Positions 24,392 to 34,259 of a stretch of 64,000 nucleotides of DNA are shown here, piece by piece. Positions within the stretch are counted from its first letter, which is position 1. Every line of letters begins with the position of its first letter. The DNA is taken from the NCBI GenBank assembly GCA_963422375.2, contig OY729427.2, forward strand, positions 1,504,001 to 1,568,000, given 5' to 3'. The notes below the pieces were generated by a model that saw nothing but the letters and a program-made list of their open reading frames with translations, ran no database searches and had not been told where the DNA came from. The translations under genes and the position numbers were made by a program. The stretch is from Bryobacterales bacterium. GTDB taxonomy: Bacteria > Acidobacteriota > Terriglobia > Bryobacterales > UBA6623.

Positions 24392-24748
24392 TCAGTCGCG
24401 CGGCGCCGCGAACGCCGCGGGAGCCAGGCAGGCGTCGATCCAGCGCAGGTACAAGGCGTTGCCCCGATCGAGCCGGCTGGCAACCAGCTCGAACACCTCG
24501 TAGGGATGCAGCTCGCGAACCGCCCGCTCCAAGGCCGGGAATCGGTCGGCACGCGTCTTGATCAGCAGCAGCGACTCGTCCTCTTCCTCGACCTTTCCCC
24601 GCCATTCGTAGACCGACCGCAGGCCCGGCACGACGTTGACGCAGGCGCAGACCCGCCGCCGGACGAGCTCGCGGGCGATGCCGGGTGCCCTGGCGGGCGG
24701 GCAGGTGCAGAGGGCGACCAGGTAGGCGCTGGGGTCGTGTTCCGGCAT
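24392..24748 (-). CDS. cutA: Divalent-cation tolerance protein CutA
   Basis: ACVNVVPG..SVYEW.GKV, HPYEV. Confidence 0.93.
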   Translation of the reverse strand: MPEHDPSAYLVALCTCPPARAPGIARELVRRRVCACVNVVPGLRSVYEWRGKVEEEDESLLLIKTRADRFPALERAVRELHPYEVFELVASRLDRGNALYLRWIDACLAPAAFAAPRD

Positions 24749-24812
24749 GGCTCGACTCTCGGACGTTGTCTCTGCCTATCGTGCCACGCCGGGGCGCCCG
24801 GCGGGGGCCCGG

Positions 24813-27182
24813 CTACCTCAGCGGCAGGGGGTAGGCCGGCCGCGCCAGGAGCTTGGTCTCGACCGCCGCTTCGTAGTGGGACACCAGCCGTCCCACGGCG
24901 GCGTCGGAGGCCCACCGGCTCTCGACCGCCCTGCGCGCCTCGCGGGCCAGCGCCGCCGCCCTGGCCCCGTCCGACAGCAGGCCCGCCACGGCGCGGGCGA
25001 AGGCCTGCGGCCGGTCTTCGATCTCGGCCATGCCGCCCCCCCGCTCGCAGAGCCCCTCGGCCGCGAGGGTTGTCGCCACCACCGGAATGCCGCAGGCGAA
25101 CGCCTCGAGGACCTTGACGCGGACGCCCGAACCCGACAGGATCGGCGCGACGAACACCGCGTAGCGCAGCAGCACCTCGCGGATGTCGTCCACGCCGCCG
25201 AGAAACTCGACGTCGGGGCCCGCGATGCGGGCGGCCAGCGGCTCGGGCGCGTCGGCACCCGCGACCACCAAGCGGGCCTGCGGCCGCTGCTTGCGCACGG
25301 CCGGCAGGACGCGCTCCCGGAAGAAGGCCAGGCCGGCCGCGTTCGGCGGGTGGCGGAAGTTCCCGACGAACAGGATCGTGTCGGGCTCTCGCCCCTCGAG
25401 CCGGAACGGGTAGCTGGCGACGTCCACGGCCGTGCGCAGGTTTTCCAGCACAGGGGGGCCGTCGCGCAGCAACGCCTGCAAGGTCCGCCGCTGCGCGGCG
25501 CTGCAAACCTGCACCGCGTCGAACCGGGGCAGGGCCCGCAGCTCGAACCGCAGCGCCCGCAGGTATTCATAGGCGCGCGCGGCCGCCCGGACCGGTCCGC
25601 CCGCGTAGATCGACCGCTGGACGGACTGGAAGTGCAGGTCGTGCTCGAAGAGGCAGCAAACGACTTGACGGAACTCCTCGCCGTACGACGCGAGCTGCGC
25701 GTACTCCAGCTGGACGACGTCGATGCGCCGGAGCAGGACCGTGCGATGGATCCTCCACAGGAAGTCCGGATCCCAGTAGCATTGGGCCGCGTGCGGCCAG
25801 AGCAGCGGCGCCCCTCGCGTCGGACGCGGCGCGCGCAGCACCAGCTCGGCGCCGGCGCAGCGCCGCTCCAGCTCCGCCTGCGCCGCGAGGTCCGCGTCCC
25901 GCTCGACCATGCAGAGCACGTGGAGGCGGCAGCGCGCGGCGAGGCCGTCGACGGCCTGCTTCATGAAGACCGCGCCGCCGTGCCTCGGGGGCTCGATCGG
26001 GTACGGCGACACGAAGAGGACATTGAGGTCGCCCGAGGGCTTGTTCCGCAGGCGGTGGTACCGGTCCCGGAAGTAGCCGCCCAGCGGTCGCCGGAGGGCC
26101 TCCCCGTCGCGAATCTCGGCGCGCAAGCGTGCGGAAACGCGACGCCCGACCGCCCGAGGCGCCTGTCCCGCGGCCTGCAGGAAGGCGGTCGCGCCCGGAC
26201 GCCCGGGCACGGCCCTCGCGAACAGCGAGATCCACATGTCGGCGTACAGCCAGGCGAAGTGCGCCAGCAGGCGCCTGCGGTGATGCATGTTCTTCCAGGC
26301 GAAGAGCAGGCGGTTCTTCTGCACGACCCGGTCGATGTACTGCCGGCTGAAGTGCTTGCCGATCGTGCCCCGGTGCTCGTGATGCAGCCTGCTGGCGGGG
26401 GCGTACAGGTTGATCCAGCCGCGCTTCCAAGCCATGTAGGAAAGGTCGACGTCCTCCACGTAGAACGGAGCGAAGATCTCGTCGAAGCCTCCGAGCTCGA
26501 GGATCTTGTGCCGGTCGTAGGCCGAGGATCCTCCCCCGGAATAGAACGTGGGGAAGATTTCGTTCACCTGCGGGTCCGCCACGTGCTGCAAGTGGATCTG
26601 GCCGCGGTGCCAGCGGCCCATCGTGAGGCCGGTCTCCTCCCGCGGCGCGGACGGATCGGCGAGGAAGATCTGGCCCGTAACCGAGAACACCCGCGGGTCC
26701 CGAAAACCGTCCACCAGCGGCTGCAGGAAGCCGGGATCGACGCGCATGTCGTTGTTGAGAAGCACTACAATGTCGTGCCGGGCGAGGCCGAACCCGGCAT
26801 TGGAGGCCCGTCCGAACCCGAGGTTCGACCCGAGCTCGACCACCCGCACCGAAGGGAACTGGCGGGCGAGGAACTCGGCCGTGCCGTCGTCGGACCCGTT
26901 CTCCATGACGAGAATCTCGTGCTCCGGGTTGGACGCCAGGGCGTCGACGAGAGCGGGCAGGTTCCGGGCGAGCTGCTCCCTGCCGTTCCAAGTCGGAATC
27001 ACGACGCTGACTGCCTTCTTGGAGACCTCCCGGGCGACGCCGGGCCGCTTGCGCCGCGCAAGCGACGCCGCCGCGTCGGCGAGCAGGAGCAGCGCCGCGA
27101 CCAAGGCGAGCAGGACCGGCGCCGCGAGCACCAGGAAGGCCGCGATGGCGGGAACGGCGATCCAGGCCCGGAAGCGACTCAC
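24813..27182 (-). CDS. Fused glycosyltransferase (N-terminal membrane anchor, GT2 domain, GT4 domain)
   Basis: VSVVIPTWNG, ENGSDDGT, LLNNDM, YVEDVD (GT2); GNFRHPPN, GSGVRVKVLEAFACGIPVV (GT4); GTG overlaps the wzt stop. Confidence 0.9.
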   Translation of the reverse strand: MSRFRAWIAVPAIAAFLVLAAPVLLALVAALLLLADAAASLARRKRPGVAREVSKKAVSVVIPTWNGREQLARNLPALVDALASNPEHEILVMENGSDDGTAEFLARQFPSVRVVELGSNLGFGRASNAGFGLARHDIVVLLNNDMRVDPGFLQPLVDGFRDPRVFSVTGQIFLADPSAPREETGLTMGRWHRGQIHLQHVADPQVNEIFPTFYSGGGSSAYDRHKILELGGFDEIFAPFYVEDVDLSYMAWKRGWINLYAPASRLHHEHRGTIGKHFSRQYIDRVVQKNRLLFAWKNMHHRRRLLAHFAWLYADMWISLFARAVPGRPGATAFLQAAGQAPRAVGRRVSARLRAEIRDGEALRRPLGGYFRDRYHRLRNKPSGDLNVLFVSPYPIEPPRHGGAVFMKQAVDGLAARCRLHVLCMVERDADLAAQAELERRCAGAELVLRAPRPTRGAPLLWPHAAQCYWDPDFLWRIHRTVLLRRIDVVQLEYAQLASYGEEFRQVVCCLFEHDLHFQSVQRSIYAGGPVRAAARAYEYLRALRFELRALPRFDAVQVCSAAQRRTLQALLRDGPPVLENLRTAVDVASYPFRLEGREPDTILFVGNFRHPPNAAGLAFFRERVLPAVRKQRPQARLVVAGADAPEPLAARIAGPDVEFLGGVDDIREVLLRYAVFVAPILSGSGVRVKVLEAFACGIPVVATTLAAEGLCERGGGMAEIEDRPQAFARAVAGLLSDGARAAALAREARRAVESRWASDAAVGRLVSHYEAAVETKLLARPAYPLPLR

Positions 27183-28462
27183 CGCCTCACCACCGGCGAC
27201 GCCGGGCCCGGTCCGACACGGACCCGGCAGGGCAGGTGCAGGTACCCGTAGACCTCGCCCGCGCCCCGGGCCATCGGAAGCGACAGCGCGTTGTCGATCC
27301 AGTCGCAGATCTCGTAGTCGCCCAGCCCGCCGTCCGCGACCGCCGGCGCGAACGAGAACGAGCCCGCGTAGAGCTCCGGCATGTCGAGGTGGAAATCGAC
27401 CGTGCGGACCTCGCCGGGCTGCATCGGATCCAGCACGGTGCCCTCGCGAGCCGTGTTGGTGCCCGCGAAGTCGATGCCTAGGTGGTTCCGCATCATGAAG
27501 CCGATGATCGGCCTCGCGACGGGCACCCTGGCGCGAGCGGTGACCCGCACGACGGCGCGCTGGTTCGGCGCGAGAGCGCGCGCGGCACGGCCGCTGCCGT
27601 CGAGCACGGCGACCCCCGTGATCTCCGCCCGGCCGCTGCCGAAGCGGCGGTCGGCGTTCGGGACGCCCTCCGCGGCGCGGATCTCGGGAGGGACGGCCGC
27701 GGGGCCGTCGTCGCCGGCCCGTCGCTCGCGGTCCCGCGCGGTCATGCGAGCCAGGTACTTGCGCACCACGGTCGGCGGGTCGCCCTCTTCCGCCACGCGC
27801 CCCGCGTCGAGCCATAGCGCGCGGGTGCCGAGCGCTTGGACGTCGGACATGGAGTGCGACACGAGCAGGATGGTCACGCTCCGGGCGCGCAGCTCGTGGA
27901 CCTTGCGCATGCAGCGCTGGCGGAAGTAGTAGTCGCCGACCGCGAGCGCCTCGTCCACCAGCAGGATCTCGGGCTCGACGCTGATGGCGACGGCGAACGC
28001 CAGCCTCAGCAGCATGCCCGTCGAGTACGTCTTGACCGGTCGGTCCATGAAATCGCCGATCTCGGCGAAAGCCTCGATGTCGGGGAAGCGCCCGCGAGTT
28101 TCGCGGGCCGACAGGCCGAACAGAGCCGCGCTGAGGCGAGCGTTCTCGCGCCCGGTGAATTCCGGGTGGAAGCCCGCGCCGAGCTCGAGCAGCGCTGCCA
28201 CCCGGCCCTCGACCTCGACGGTCCCGGCCGACGGCCGCAGAATCCGCGCCGCGAGCTGCAGGGAAGTGCTCTTGCCGGAGCCGTTGGCCCCGATCAGGCA
28301 AAGCGTCTCGCCGGTCCCTACCTCGAACGACACGTTCCGCAGGGCGCGGATCCGAGGCCCTGCCCCAGGCCGTCCGGAACAAACCAGCTCTCGCAGACGG
28401 CGGGTCGGGCGCGAGCAGGCGGAATAGCTCTTCGAGACTCCCGTGAAGGCGATCCTGGCCAA
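27179..28462 (-). CDS. wzt: Polysaccharide ABC exporter ATP-binding subunit with C-terminal Wzt_C domain
   Basis: GANGSGKST, LLELGAGFHPEFTGREN, YSTGM, ILLVDEALAVGD. Confidence 0.92.
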   Translation of the reverse strand: MARIAFTGVSKSYSACSRPTRRLRELVCSGRPGAGPRIRALRNVSFEVGTGETLCLIGANGSGKSTSLQLAARILRPSAGTVEVEGRVAALLELGAGFHPEFTGRENARLSAALFGLSARETRGRFPDIEAFAEIGDFMDRPVKTYSTGMLLRLAFAVAISVEPEILLVDEALAVGDYYFRQRCMRKVHELRARSVTILLVSHSMSDVQALGTRALWLDAGRVAEEGDPPTVVRKYLARMTARDRERRAGDDGPAAVPPEIRAAEGVPNADRRFGSGRAEITGVAVLDGSGRAARALAPNQRAVVRVTARARVPVARPIIGFMMRNHLGIDFAGTNTAREGTVLDPMQPGEVRTVDFHLDMPELYAGSFSFAPAVADGGLGDYEICDWIDNALSLPMARGAGEVYGYLHLPCRVRVGPGPASPVVRR

Positions 28463-28538
28463 GGATGCGAAGCCGCGCGCCCAGCGCCCGCCCTCCTATG
28501 GTATGCGCTGCGGGCCGCCCCGCCGGCCCTCGCGGAGG

Positions 28539-29321
28539 CTATAGAACGTCCGCGAAGCCCGCGCTGGCCCGCCGGAAGAAGAGGCGTCCGCCGACCAAGG
28601 CGGCCACGGCCGCGCCGCACAGAGCGGCGGCACCGACGAGACCGGGCGGCTGCCCGCCGAGGAGCGCCGACCGGTAGCCGAGCACGGCGTAGCGGAGCGG
28701 GTTCCACGCGAGCAGCGCGTCCAGCCCGTTCCGGTAGAAGACTTCCGGCAGGAAGACCGGAGTCGCCCAGAACCAGGCCGTCAGCGCCACGCTCAGAACC
28801 TGGGATGTGTCGCGAAGATACACTTGGAGCGCGGCCACCACCCACGCCAGCCCCAAGCTCAGGCCGGCGAGCGGCGCGGCCCACAGCGGCAGCTGGAGCA
28901 GCGAGAGAGCCGGCGGGTGGCCGAGCGCCCACGCCGCGAGAACCAGCGCGGCGAGCGCGGCGGCGTGCCCGGCCGCCGTCGACAGAAGCACGCCGGCCGG
29001 GATGGCCTCGGACGGAAAGACGGTCTTCTTGATCAGATTCGCGCACTCGGTCAGCGAGCCGGCGGAGCGCGTCAGGGTCTCCGAGAAAAGCAGCCAGGGG
29101 AGCATCCCGCCGAGCAGGAAGAGCGGGTAGCTCTGGGTTGCCTCGTCGGGCGGCAGGCGCGCGCCGAAGGCGTGGCGGAACAGGAACGTGTAGACCGTCA
29201 GGAGCACTAGCGGATGGAGGACGGTCCACAGCCACCCGAGGAGCGACCCGACGTAGCGCTGCCTGAAGTCTCGCAGCGCCAGCTGGTACAGCAGCCCGGC
29301 CGCTGGGCGAATTGGCAGCAT
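28539..29321 (-). CDS. wzm: Polysaccharide ABC exporter permease
   Basis: RDFRQRYVGSLLGWLW, NLIKKTVFP, WFWATPV, NP, FADVL. Confidence 0.92.
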   Translation of the reverse strand: MLPIRPAAGLLYQLALRDFRQRYVGSLLGWLWTVLHPLVLLTVYTFLFRHAFGARLPPDEATQSYPLFLLGGMLPWLLFSETLTRSAGSLTECANLIKKTVFPSEAIPAGVLLSTAAGHAAALAALVLAAWALGHPPALSLLQLPLWAAPLAGLSLGLAWVVAALQVYLRDTSQVLSVALTAWFWATPVFLPEVFYRNGLDALLAWNPLRYAVLGYRSALLGGQPPGLVGAAALCGAAVAALVGGRLFFRRASAGFADVL

Positions 29322-29359
29322 TCGAGGTTGCCGGCCCGGCGACCCTCCTCCGGCGCCCG

Positions 29360-31111
29360 CTACGGCCGCTCCGCGAGCTCCACCTGCGCGGCTAGCTCCT
29401 TGCCGTCCCGGAGAACGAGGACCCTGACGACATCTCCGGCTTCGGACTCGCGCAGCGCGTATGTGAAATCGTAGAGATTCGCGATCGGAGCGCCGTTCCA
29501 GCCGGTCAGGATGTCCCCGGCTCGCAAGCCCGCTTCGGCCGCGGGCGAGCCCGGCCGCACGTCGGCGAACTTGACGCCTTCGGGAACCTCGCCGAAGTCA
29601 GGGACGGACCCGAACCAAGGGCCGTACCCGCTCCCCGCGCCGTCGCCGCCCGGGCGGCCGCGGCCGGACTCCGGCGACGGCTCCACGAAGGCGAGACGCT
29701 CGGGCAGGGAGGCGAGACCATCGGCGATCTCCTCGGCGAGCGCGACCAAGCCGATCGCGGCCTCGCCGTCGATCTTGTCCGCGGTGTCGCTCGGCTTGTG
29801 GTAGTCGGAGTGCAGGCCGGAGAAGAAGAAGAGCACGGGGATCTTCCTAGCCGCGAACGACGTGTGATCGCTCGAGCTGTTGGCGCTGCGGGAGGTGTCG
29901 ACGCGCAGATCCCTCCTGGCCGCGGCCTGCCCGACTAGATCCTCGAAGGGCTCGGCCGTGCCGATGCCGCCGACGTACAGCTTGCTGTCTTCGATGCGCC
30001 CGACCATGTCGAAGTTCAGCATCGCGACAGCGTCCTCCAAGGGAAGCGTGGGATTGTCCACCCAGTGGCTCGAGCCGAGCAGTCCGATCTCCTCTCCCGC
30101 GAACGCGAGGAAGAGGGCCCCGAGCCGGGAGGGCTGCCGGCGACTCGAGAGCCTTGCGGCCAGTTCCAGGACTGCGGCCACGCCCGAGGCGTTGTCGTCC
30201 GCTCCGTGATGGATCTCGCCGACTCGCGACGGTGCGAGGGATCCCTGGCCGCCGAGGCCCAGATGGTCGTAATGCGCCCCGAAAACGACATAGCCCCCGG
30301 TCTCGCCGGGCAGGTACGCGGCCACGTTGCTGACAGTTGCCCGCCGGTGCCGAACGTCGACGGCGAGGCCGACTCGCAGCGACGAAGCGAGCGCGAACGA
30401 CTGCGGCTTCCGCGATGTTTCGATGTCCCGTCGCAGCAGCCGCAGGGAGCGCCCCGAACCTCGCAGCCAGCGCTCGACGACGTCGCTCTTGACCTGCACC
30501 ATAGGGATGCCGGCGTCGGTGGGCCCCGAGACGCTGCCGAAACGGATCAGGCGGTCGCCGCGACGGCCCCGGCCGCGACCGTCAACGAGCAGCACCGCCT
30601 TGGCGCCCCGGTTGCGGGCCTGGATCGCCTTGGCGATCAGATGCGAGTGGCGCGTTAGCCGCCGACCCCTCTCCCCTCCTTCTCCGTCCCGCTCGCGGAA
30701 GAAGTCGGGCTCGTAGCGGAGAACCAGCACGATCTTGCCGCGCACGTCGAAATGGAAATAGTCGTCGTAGCCGAACTCCTCGGCGGTGGCCCCATAACCG
30801 GCAAACACCACCTCGCCCTCGACCTTGCCGCTCGCGGAGAAGTTGATCGGCACGTAGTCCTTGCCGACCTCGAGATCCTCGGCCCCCCGAGGGCGGTCCA
30901 CGCACATCGCGTTGCCTTCGCCCATGTCGGCGTCGGTGGTCAGCTCGAACGGCTGCAGGAAGCCGCCGTCCTCCCCGGCGGGCTGCAGCCCCGCGGCGCG
31001 GAACCGGGCGGCGATGTACTGTGCGGCACTGTCCAGTTCGGGCATGCCGGCACCCCGGCCGCGCATCTCCGGCGAGGCCAGGAAGCGCACGTGCTCCATG
31101 TACCGCTCCAC
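29360..31111 (-). CDS. M28 family aminopeptidase with PA and PDZ domains (true start probably further upstream)
   Basis: GAHYDHLG, GADDNASG, GEEIGLLGS, SDH, YHKPSD; PDZ VRPGSPAAEAGL. Confidence 0.92.
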   Translation of the reverse strand: MERYMEHVRFLASPEMRGRGAGMPELDSAAQYIAARFRAAGLQPAGEDGGFLQPFELTTDADMGEGNAMCVDRPRGAEDLEVGKDYVPINFSASGKVEGEVVFAGYGATAEEFGYDDYFHFDVRGKIVLVLRYEPDFFRERDGEGGERGRRLTRHSHLIAKAIQARNRGAKAVLLVDGRGRGRRGDRLIRFGSVSGPTDAGIPMVQVKSDVVERWLRGSGRSLRLLRRDIETSRKPQSFALASSLRVGLAVDVRHRRATVSNVAAYLPGETGGYVVFGAHYDHLGLGGQGSLAPSRVGEIHHGADDNASGVAAVLELAARLSSRRQPSRLGALFLAFAGEEIGLLGSSHWVDNPTLPLEDAVAMLNFDMVGRIEDSKLYVGGIGTAEPFEDLVGQAAARRDLRVDTSRSANSSSDHTSFAARKIPVLFFFSGLHSDYHKPSDTADKIDGEAAIGLVALAEEIADGLASLPERLAFVEPSPESGRGRPGGDGAGSGYGPWFGSVPDFGEVPEGVKFADVRPGSPAAEAGLRAGDILTGWNGAPIANLYDFTYALRESEAGDVVRVLVLRDGKELAAQVELAERP

Positions 31112-31453
31112 AGCTGCCGGGTCGGGACCCGCCGGAGCGCCGAGGACCAGCGAGGTCCACGCAGCCGCCAGGAACCCGGCGAGCAGCGCGAGGCCGCCCG
31201 TCGGCAGCGGCGGGGAATCGGAGGCTTGGGGAACGGCATGGGACGCCCGGGCTCGCGGTGCCTGCGCCTCTAGGACCTACGGGGGCGCGGCGACTCACCC
31301 GCCAGCGTCAAAAGAATCGACGCCGCGAGGCAGGGAAAGTTCCGACGGGCGCGGGACTCACATATATTGTGGCAGCTTGGAGCCGGGCTAGCGTCGTTCC
31401 GGCCGGACGGCGACAGGCCTCGGGGGGGGGGCGAGCCTCCTGCCTAACCGTGG

Positions 31454-32507
31454 CTAGTCGTCGAACTTGCGGAGCGCTTCGTGCTCCAGGATGCGCGCTC
31501 CGCGCAGGATGCCGCCGAACGAGTAGTTCGCCTCGTGGCAGGCGTACTCGTAGACCCGGCTGCCGGTGGACGGCCATACGTACTCGCCGCCCCAAGGCGC
31601 GGTCCACACGGTCGGGTCGTCGACGGTGAACTCGTACAGCAGCGCGGCCGCGCCGATCCGCGTGAGCCGCTCGACTACATGCAATGCAAGTTGCGCGAGG
31701 CCCCGGGAAGCGCCGGGCGGTCATTGAAGTTCGTCGTGTCGACAATCAACGTGTCGCCTTCCCAGCGGCCCACGGAATCCCCTAGCCAGCTGCGAACGTC
31801 CGGCGGGGCGTGCCCGCCACGCAGCGGATAATGCGGACGTCGTGGATCATTTCGGCCAGAATCATGACGTAGTCCTCCGTCTACACGACCCGCTTGAGGT
31901 TGTTGCAGGAGACGGGCAGCATGGGCGGACCGCCGGTCGCGCCGAATCCCAGCAAGCAGCGCTCCGCGAGCGGCCTGAGTCCGGGTCGTCGTACGGCCCG
32001 GGATCGAGCCCCTGCTCCAGCCACCAAGCCGTGCCGGTATTGGGACGATCACGCCTGGCACGGGCGTCGGCGCGCCGCTGCGCCTCCTGCGTCAGGGCGG
32101 GGCGGCGTCCGTCTTCCGGAAACGTGATGATGGACGTGCGCCACTTGCCGTCGATCTTGAAGGCGCCGGTGCCGCGGTCCAGCCAGAAGGAGTTGTACCC
32201 GCCTACGTTCCCTGCGGAGCCGGTGGAACCGTCCCCGCCCCGAGGCGGCGCGCCCCTGGCGGGATCCGAGGCAGCGTTCCGTCGCGCCCGCGCTTCGGCC
32301 GCCCGGCGGGCGAGCCCCTCCGCCTCGTCGTCGGACAGGGTGAGCTTGGTGCCATATTCCTCGGGCCGCTCGAGCGGCGTAAGCGTCTTGACATCGTACG
32401 TGCCCGAGAGATACCGGGCGGCCCGAGTCCGCGCGGGGAACTTGCGCGGCAGCCACCAGCAAGAACGCGAGATCCGACGGCATTCGCAGCGACACGGGCA
32501 TCTGCAC
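31454..32507 (-). pseudogene. Fragmented gene for a conserved exported protein
   Basis: Collinear pieces in different frames (VPRADSGRP / LSGTYDVKTLTPLERP / ERCLLGFG..GPPMLP / GDSVGRWEGDTL.VDTTNF / HVVER....YEYACHE.N); in-frame TAG at 31881-31883; 5-bp duplication at 31680-31689. Confidence 0.85.
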
Positions 32508-32891
32508 CTATTCTGGGAGACCTTGCCTGTACACTGCAAACGGGGCATCGAACACGGACGGCGGCATCGGTGCCCGCCCGGCCGGAAAGTCACCCGAGCG
32601 CAAGCGGCCGCGCCGGGCAGGAGACTGCCCGGACATGCCTGCTGGCCTGCAAGGCGTAGGCCCGTGCTGTCCCGCCGGGCCGGCGAGACCGCGACCGGAC
32701 GGAGACCACCTGATCATAGAAGCCACCCAAACTCGGAAGAGCCGACAGGAAAGCAACATGAACCGGAGCAACTACTCTAGGTTGATTGCGCGTCAAGGTC
32801 GTCAATCAAGTGCTCCATAGCATCAATAATCGCAGTCGAATTACGCCCAATACTCTTAGGAATTTGTTGTGTAATCCTACGCTTATTCGTA

Positions 32892-33611
32892 TCAAATTCT
32901 GTTGAAGATTTCACGGAGTATTCCACTGGGATCGCCATGACTGTTTGCGTATATCGCAAGTCTTTCGAACATTTGAAAAGGTGGATAGTACCACAGGTGA
33001 TCCGCGGTTAAATACTTTCTTGTAGCAGCGTTGCAAACCATGCATGCTTGATTCGCGAGGCTGAACGGCAGACCAGTCCGTTTCCACTCGTGATGGAGCC
33101 ATTCTTGCATACTCAGCTTCTTTCCATTGACCGGAAACTCTGGCTTCTTGACATAGTGGGCACAGACTTCTGTGACTACTGGAAACTGTTTCAGCGTCTT
33201 AGAGTTAGAGTTTCCCGCTATGTGTCCGAGACCCTTGTCCCAGATGTTGCAGCACCGGTACCCCCAGCCGTACTTCAGGAGAACCGGGTGAACAGTCGCC
33301 CACCCGACCTCAGTGCTCCAAAACCAAAGCGTGGTGTCCGGTCGAGAGCGCTCGCTCCACGCCTTGATGTGCGGTTCATACCAACCAGTAAGGGATTCCG
33401 CTGTGCACGTGTCACCTGGGAACCCATCCACCTCGTAGGGTCCGTCCGACACAATGCACACCGGGACTGGCCACTCCGCGTAAAGCCGCTCCGCCCTCCC
33501 GAAGTGGATGGTCACCCCACTCCGCACGTAGGACTTGGTAGTGCGTGCGCCCGAAGGACGCGGCTTGGTCTCATGGCCAGTTGCTTCGCCGAGGCGAGTC
33601 GTCGGATTCAT
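32892..33611 (-). pseudogene. Truncated amino-DNA methyltransferase (beta-class N-terminal half)
   Basis: Catalytic-like IVSDGPY motif, IWDKG; no downstream QKP or FxGxG SAM-binding motif; AT-richer than flanks. Confidence 0.75.
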
Positions 33612-34259
33612 ATGGCTCCGCTGAAGCTCCTGTTCAGTCGCGTTGACACACCACCGGACAGCGTACCACGGCTTTCCTGGGGGGCGAGGCCGAGCCCGAA
33701 CACCTCCGCACGATGAAGAAGCGCCTGAGGAAGCACGCCAGCCCACCTGCCTACTCCCTCCCTCCGGCCGTGTCTTGCAACTTGTCGGTGCCGACCGAGA
33801 GCCCGTGCGCCACGCCTGCGTGTCGTCTCACCTTCTCACCGTCTCGCAGGACGGTGCCGGGCTGGCGTGCGTTCTCGACAGCCCCGAGTCCGGTCACTGG
33901 AGCCATCCGCAGCCGGATGGCACGCGGACGGACAGGCCTCCGAGATTCCTTGGCTGCTTCCAGCCGAAGGCACCTGGCTGTCGCGGCGTGGGCATTGGCT
34001 TGGGACGGGACGGCCGACGGCTGTCCTCTTCCGTCCGTCCCGCGCCAACCGCGAATGGCGCGCCGCTTCCCCGCCGAAGTCTCGACCCGCTGCAAGCCGG
34101 AGAGCGGTCAAGCAATATCGACGCATCAAGCGCAAGGCACCCACCACACCTGTACGCCAAGTCTCGGGAGGCTCGCATCGCCCCGGGGCTGGCACGCCCT
34201 CCCGCGACGCGTGTCGGGGGAAGGTTGCCACGCAGATTGCCTTGAACTAGCATTGCAGT

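Noticed and set aside
24813..28382. 1189-aa glycosyltransferase ORF
   Set aside because: The first ~400 aa are an off-frame reading of wzt; the real start is GTG 27182.
33620..34250. Overlapping short ORFs upstream of the DUF1549 operon
   Set aside because: No convincing homology or RBS; GTVLRDGEKVR may be a gene remnant but is too short to support.
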